A stretch of 32,000 nucleotides of DNA from Prochlorococcus marinus str. NATL2A (GTDB lineage: Bacteria; Cyanobacteriota; Cyanobacteriia; PCC-6307; Cyanobiaceae). Within the stretch, counting starts at the first letter, position 1; every line of letters starts with the position of its first letter. A model generated the notes under the pieces. It was not told the DNA's origin. It saw only the letters and a program-made list of their open reading frames with translations, and ran no database searches. Both the position numbers and the translations under genes were made by a program. The stretch is from positions 390,001-422,000 of the forward strand of contig NC_007335.2 in the NCBI RefSeq assembly GCF_000012465.1. Reading direction: 5' to 3'. Of the stretch, positions 27,744 to 32,000 are shown in pieces.

Positions 27744-27770
27744 ACAATAAAGGTTAATTAGAAAGTTAAT

Positions 27771-28016
27771 TTATAAAACTTGTATTACCTCGCTAACCTC
27801 CGGAATCATTTCCCTTAGTTTTCTTTCAATACCCATTTTTAAAGTCATTGTGCTACTAGGGCAACTTCCGCAAGCCCCCTGAAGTCTAACTTTGACGATT
27901 GGTCCATCTATTTCAGCTATCTCTACATTCCCTCCATCAGCCATCAGAAAAGGTCTTAATTCATCAAGAACCTTTTCAACGTTTTCTGTCGTCAGTGCAA
28001 GAGTTTCGTCGCTCAT
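27771..28016 (-). CDS. nfu: NifU-like Fe-S cluster scaffold/carrier (Nfu C-terminal domain)
   Basis: 81 aa. [18 protein letters not shown] ... [20 protein letters not shown] matches the Nfu CxxC domain. Confidence 0.88.
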   Translation of the reverse strand: MSDETLALTTENVEKVLDELRPFLMADGGNVEIAEIDGPIVKVRLQGACGSCPSSTMTLKMGIERKLREMIPEVSEVIQVL

Positions 28017-28078
28017 TTCGATTTACTTAATTTAATTTTGCTTAGCTTAGTTAATCGCAGGATAGTCTGTATGTAATC

Positions 28079-29581
28079 TTGATAAAGATTTTGTTTAATA
28101 CCGGCACTCCAGATTCAGAAAATACTTATGACGCAATATTAGTAGGTGCAGGAATCATGAGCTCTACTCTTGCAGTACTTCTGCATGAGCTTGAGCCGGA
28201 TTTACGGTTGTTGGTTGTTGAAAAACTATCTTCTGCTGGCTTGGAAAGTAGCTGCGCTAAGAATAATGCTGGAACAGGACATGCTGCTAACTGTGAGCTT
28301 AATTACACTCCAATCCAAGAGGATGGCCATCTTAGTACTACCAAAGCTTTTGAAATAAATAAATCCTTTGAGCAAAGCTTAGAATTTTGGGCATCTTTGG
28401 CAGAAAAAGGGAAATTGATACCAAAAACTTTTTTAAATAAGTTGCCACACATCAGCCTTGTCTTTGGAGATGAGGATATTTCTTTGCTTAAAAAAAGGTT
28501 TTCTAAACTTAGTTCTCATGCCGCTTTTGCCAAAATGGAATTCACTATGGACCATGGTGAATTACAAGACTGGATTCCATTGATTATGGATGGTAGGAAA
28601 CAGAGTGAGAAGATTGCCGCGACAAGAATTAAAAGAGGTACTGATATTGATTTTGGCAATTTAACTCGCTCATATATCAATCAAATTGAAGGAGCAAAAT
28701 CTATTGATATTAATTACTCTACTAATGTTGAAAATCTTCAACAAGATAGTGAAGGAGATTGGTATTTATCTTTAGAAGGAGCCAAAAAAAATAGAATTGT
28801 TAGATCAAAGTTTGTTTTCCTAGGGGCAGGTGGAGGAGCCTTATCCCTTTTGCAAAAATCGAGAATTCCAGAAGGCTTGTTATATGCAGGATTCCCTGTT
28901 AGCGGCAAGTGGTTGATTTGTGATGAGGAGAAATCAACAAAAACACATAATGCAAAGGTTTATGGAAAGGCAGCAGTTGGAGCCCCGCCAATGTCAGTCC
29001 CGCACTTAGATACAAGATGGATAGATAAAAAAAAATCTCTTTTGTTTGGTCCTTTCGCAGGATTTAGTTCAAATTTTTTAAAATACGGATCAAAGTTGGA
29101 TTTGTTTAGATCAATCAAAACAACTAATCTTTTCTCAATGTTGCAAGCAGGATTAGACAATATAGACCTAGGAAAATACTTGTTAAATCAATTAATACAA
29201 ACAAATGAGGATCGAATAGATACTTTAAAAAGATTTCTTCCTCAGGTTTCACCTAATGATTGGAAGCTTTCAACGGCAGGACAGCGTGTTCAAATAATTA
29301 AACAAACCTCTAAAGGTGGTGTTTTAAAAATGGGGACAGAAGTGGTTACTTCATCAGATGGATCTTTAGCTGCTTTGCTTGGTGCTTCTCCGGGCGCAAG
29401 CACAGCAGTAACAATCATGATTGAAGTTCTAAACCGCTGCTGGCAGGAAAAAATGAAATCAAGTAAATGGAAAAATAAAATGTTAGAGCTTTTCCCCAGT
29501 ATTGGTACAGATATTAATTCAGATCAAGAAGCTCTTTTGGCAATTCGAAAAAGAAACGATTTCTTACTTAAATTAATTTAA
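28079..29581 (+). CDS. mqo: malate:quinone oxidoreductase
   Basis: 500 aa. An N-terminal FAD motif (YDAILVGAGIMSSTLA), NNAGTGHAANCELNYTP and LGASPGASTAV are typical of Mqo. TTG start. Confidence 0.9.
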   Translation: MIKILFNTGTPDSENTYDAILVGAGIMSSTLAVLLHELEPDLRLLVVEKLSSAGLESSCAKNNAGTGHAANCELNYTPIQEDGHLSTTKAFEINKSFEQSLEFWASLAEKGKLIPKTFLNKLPHISLVFGDEDISLLKKRFSKLSSHAAFAKMEFTMDHGELQDWIPLIMDGRKQSEKIAATRIKRGTDIDFGNLTRSYINQIEGAKSIDINYSTNVENLQQDSEGDWYLSLEGAKKNRIVRSKFVFLGAGGGALSLLQKSRIPEGLLYAGFPVSGKWLICDEEKSTKTHNAKVYGKAAVGAPPMSVPHLDTRWIDKKKSLLFGPFAGFSSNFLKYGSKLDLFRSIKTTNLFSMLQAGLDNIDLGKYLLNQLIQTNEDRIDTLKRFLPQVSPNDWKLSTAGQRVQIIKQTSKGGVLKMGTEVVTSSDGSLAALLGASPGASTAVTIMIEVLNRCWQEKMKSSKWKNKMLELFPSIGTDINSDQEALLAIRKRNDFLLKLI

Positions 29582-29665
29582 AACTTTAGTACTGGTGAGC
29601 TATATTTAATTTTTATTCAGAGTTGAATTGATAGATGAAGATCTTGCTCCTTTAATTGCTTTCGT

Positions 29666-31477
29666 ATGACTAATGTGCCCATTTCTCGTCTGAGGAACTT
29701 CTGCATAATTGCTCATATTGACCATGGTAAATCAACCTTGGCAGATAGGCTTCTTCAGGATACTGGCACTGTCTCCTCTAGAGACATGCAAGAACAATTC
29801 TTGGATAATATGGACCTTGAGAGAGAGAGAGGAATAACTATAAAATTACAGGCTGCGCGGATGAATTATAAAGCAGATGATGGAGAGGAATATGTTCTGA
29901 ATTTGATTGATACTCCTGGCCATGTTGACTTCTCTTATGAGGTGAGTCGATCATTACAGGCTTGTGAGGGCGCCTTGCTGGTTGTTGATGCTAGTCAAGG
30001 AGTAGAAGCTCAAACTTTGGCCAATGTTTACCTCGCCTTGGAAAATGATTTAGAAATTATTCCTGTTCTCAATAAAGTTGATTTGCCCGGAGCTGATCCT
30101 GAGAAAATCAAAAATGAAATTGAATCAATTATTGGTTTAGATACATCTAAGGCAATTTCCTGTTCTGCTAAAACAGGGGTTGGTATTCCAGAAATACTGC
30201 AAGCAGTAGTAGATAGAATACCTTCTCCGAAAGATAATACTGATCAAGCTACAAAAGCACTTATTTTTGATTCCTATTATGACCCTTACAGAGGCGTGAT
30301 TGTTTATTTCAGAATCATGAGTGGTGGCATAAGTAAGAAAGACAAGGTTTTGCTTATGTCTAGTAAGAAAAGTTATGAGTTAGATGAAATAGGTGTTATG
30401 GCACCTGATCAAGTAAAAGTAAATTCTCTTCATGCCGGTGAAGTTGGATATTTAGCTGCATCTATCAAAGCAGTTGCTGATGCGAGAGTAGGGGATACGA
30501 TTACGTTGGTGGACAGACCTGCTCAAGATGCTTTGCCAGGTTATGCCGAAGCCAAACCAATGGTTTTTTGTGGATTGTTTCCCACGGATGCAGATCAATA
30601 TCCAGATCTAAGAGATGCTCTAGATAAATTGCAACTATCCGATGCTGCATTGAAATATGAGCCTGAAACAAGTAGTGCAATGGGATTTGGCTTTCGTTGT
30701 GGATTTTTAGGTTTATTGCATATGGAAATTGTTCAAGAGCGTTTAGAACGTGAATATGATTTAGATTTAATCGTTACTGCACCATCAGTTATTTATAAAG
30801 TGAAAATGATTGATGGAGAAATTAGAATGATCGATAATCCAGCTACACTTCCAGACCCTCAAAAACGTGAAACCATAGAAGAACCCTACGTCCGAATGGA
30901 AATTTATGCTCCCAATGATTACAACGGTACCTTGATGGGTCTTTGTCAGGATAGAAGAGGAGATTTTATCGATATGAAGTACATAACGACTGATCGAGTG
31001 ACGCTTATTTATGAAATACCTCTTGCAGAAGTTGTGACAGACTTCTTTGATCAGATGAAAAGTAGAACTAAGGGATATGCCTCTATGGAATATCACTTAA
31101 TTGGTTATAGGGAAAATGATTTAGTCAGATTAGACGTTTTAATTAATTCAGAACGAGCAGACCCTTTAACAACGATTGTTCATAAAGATAACGCTTATGG
31201 TGTAGGGAAAGGACTTGTTGAGAAATTAAAAGAACTTATTCCAAAACAGCAATTTAAGATTCCTTTACAAGCTTCAATTGGGAGTCGAATTATTGCAAGT
31301 GAAGGTATTAGTGCTTTACGAAAAGATGTTTTGTCCAAATGCTACGGAGGCGATATATCCAGAAAAAAGAAATTGTTGAAGAAACAGGCAAAGGGGAAAA
31401 AACGAATGAAGTCTATGGGGAAAGTAGATGTTCCCCAAGAGGCTTTTATGGCTGTTTTGAAATTAAATAAAGATTAA
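29666..31477 (+). CDS. lepA: translation elongation factor 4
   Basis: 603 aa with [28 protein letters not shown] and NKVDL, and the LepA-specific C-terminal domain ending [22 protein letters not shown]. Confidence 0.97.
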   Translation: MTNVPISRLRNFCIIAHIDHGKSTLADRLLQDTGTVSSRDMQEQFLDNMDLERERGITIKLQAARMNYKADDGEEYVLNLIDTPGHVDFSYEVSRSLQACEGALLVVDASQGVEAQTLANVYLALENDLEIIPVLNKVDLPGADPEKIKNEIESIIGLDTSKAISCSAKTGVGIPEILQAVVDRIPSPKDNTDQATKALIFDSYYDPYRGVIVYFRIMSGGISKKDKVLLMSSKKSYELDEIGVMAPDQVKVNSLHAGEVGYLAASIKAVADARVGDTITLVDRPAQDALPGYAEAKPMVFCGLFPTDADQYPDLRDALDKLQLSDAALKYEPETSSAMGFGFRCGFLGLLHMEIVQERLEREYDLDLIVTAPSVIYKVKMIDGEIRMIDNPATLPDPQKRETIEEPYVRMEIYAPNDYNGTLMGLCQDRRGDFIDMKYITTDRVTLIYEIPLAEVVTDFFDQMKSRTKGYASMEYHLIGYRENDLVRLDVLINSERADPLTTIVHKDNAYGVGKGLVEKLKELIPKQQFKIPLQASIGSRIIASEGISALRKDVLSKCYGGDISRKKKLLKKQAKGKKRMKSMGKVDVPQEAFMAVLKLNKD

Positions 31478-31493
31478 TAGTTATTTCTAAGAT

Positions 31494-31661
31494 CTATGTT
31501 TGTCTTACATAGCTTATTTCACTTGAATTATTTATAAACATTGAGACTTCCTGATTCCCTTTATCTTTTGTTAGGGTCGTCCATATGAAACCTATAATTA
31601 TTAAAACTGCAATGGTTATTGAGAGCTCCCCTACGGTGAGACCATCATTTTTAAAATGCAT
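31494..31661 (-). CDS. hypothetical very short prepilin-like protein
   Basis: From the second Met: MHFKNDG|LTVGELSITIAVLIIIGF... This is a short basic leader ending in Gly, Glu at +5 and a hydrophobic helix, resembling the type IV prepilin cleavage/methylation motif. The upstream ATG at 31685 gives the 63-aa track ORF. Confidence 0.35.
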   Translation of the reverse strand: MHFKNDGLTVGELSITIAVLIIIGFIWTTLTKDKGNQEVSMFINNSSEISYVRQT

Positions 31662-31752
31662 CTTAAAATATATGTATTCATTCATTTAAGCAATTTTTTT
31701 TTTAATTTCTACCTTTTACAGCTAAATTTAATTAGGTCTTATTATTTGATAA

Positions 31753-32000
31753 TTGAATTTGAGAGGTTTTTTAAGACGAAATAATTTGTCGACACGGTTA
31801 TTTTTCGCTGGGCTGATAATTTTATCCATATATATAGGCATCTCTATTTTTGTGCCACTATTAATAACTTTAGAGATTGTGCCTAATGGTGAATTTGGTT
31901 TAGGCAACCCGATTTTTTCGGCTCCATCGATAGATCACTGGTGTGGAACTGATCGACTAGGAAGAGATGTTTGTATTAGAACTTTGGCTGCGAGTGGAGT
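31753..32000 (+). CDS. ABC peptide/nickel-type transporter permease (DppC/OppC-like), 5' partial
   Basis: The frame is open from the stop at 31750-31752 to the window end. A TM helix (LFFAGLIILSIYIGISIFVPLLI) is followed by HWCGTDRLGRDV, the conserved N-terminal motif of DppC/OppC permeases. There is no ATG; candidate TTG starts are at 31753 and 31759. Confidence 0.55.
   Translation, partial: MNLRGFLRRNNLSTRLFFAGLIILSIYIGISIFVPLLITLEIVPNGEFGLGNPIFSAPSIDHWCGTDRLGRDVCIRTLAASG

Noticed and set aside
1284-31096. Many 60-120-aa track ORFs lying inside and antisense or out of frame to the large genes. Examples are 1284-1508, 2430-2666, 3358-3570, 3914-4147, 5224-5493, 6676-6864, 8348-8584, 10982-11164, 11045-11410, 11569-12127, 12589-12789, 13790-14162, 14371-14577, 14891-15169, 15786-16118, 17896-18105, 19397-19639, 22177-22428, 23825-24034, 24883-25238, 27026-27232, 28170-28358, 28960-29160 and 30785-31096.
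   Set aside because: All overlap confidently identified conserved genes. They have odd composition (Ser/Leu/Phe/Ile-rich shadow-frame look) and no recognisable motifs. These are typical shadow ORFs of AT-rich DNA.
31494-31512. 6-bp hairpin CTATGT-TTGTCTT-ACATAG after lepA, as a possible terminator.
   Set aside because: The stem is too short and weak, there is no clear T-tract, and it overlaps the 3' end of the small minus-strand ORF.
1-32000. Scan for tRNA, rRNA, tmRNA, RNase P, 6S or Yfr1-like RNAs, CRISPR repeats, IS or transposase genes, integrases, toxin-antitoxin pairs and defence genes.
   Set aside because: No intergenic segment is long and GC-rich enough for a structured RNA gene. 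I found no Yfr1 core (ACTCCTCACAC) on either strand by eye, no tandem repeat-spacer arrays and no mobile-element ORFs. This was a by-eye scan only; tRNAscan-SE and Infernal would be decisive.

Overview
This is an AT-rich, very densely packed chromosomal segment. Gene content and order are those of a marine picocyanobacterium. By recognition only, it best fits a low-light Prochlorococcus marinus lineage; no search was run. About 33 confidently recognisable housekeeping genes fill most of the window: aroQ-miaE-cobI; dus; der-ecfT-pipX-pipY-sepF-proC; a GT1 glycosyltransferase; hpf-deoC(like)-recO; lipB-aas; pdhC-queA; metC-like/CGS-like/cysK; rpsD; yidD plus a DUF836 redox protein; murE; a class-V aminotransferase; nfu; mqo; lepA; and the start of a DppC-like permease. 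By eye I found no rRNA, tRNA, CRISPR array, transposase, integrase or recognisable defence genes. Most of the window is ordinary core genome. The one accessory-looking stretch is about 25.4-27.8 kb. It is a run of short membrane ORFs around a His-rich metal (Ni/Co-type) transporter, preceded by a three-box alternative-pairing element with mini-ORFs. Other points worth a second look: a DeoC-family protein whose Schiff-base lysine position reads Gln; a tiny prepilin-like ORF; a perfect 23-nt palindrome in front of the sulfur-amino-acid operon; and several overlapping or abutting gene ends that imply antisense read-through. All functional calls come from by-eye motif recognition. The short repeats and palindromes are only marginally significant statistically.
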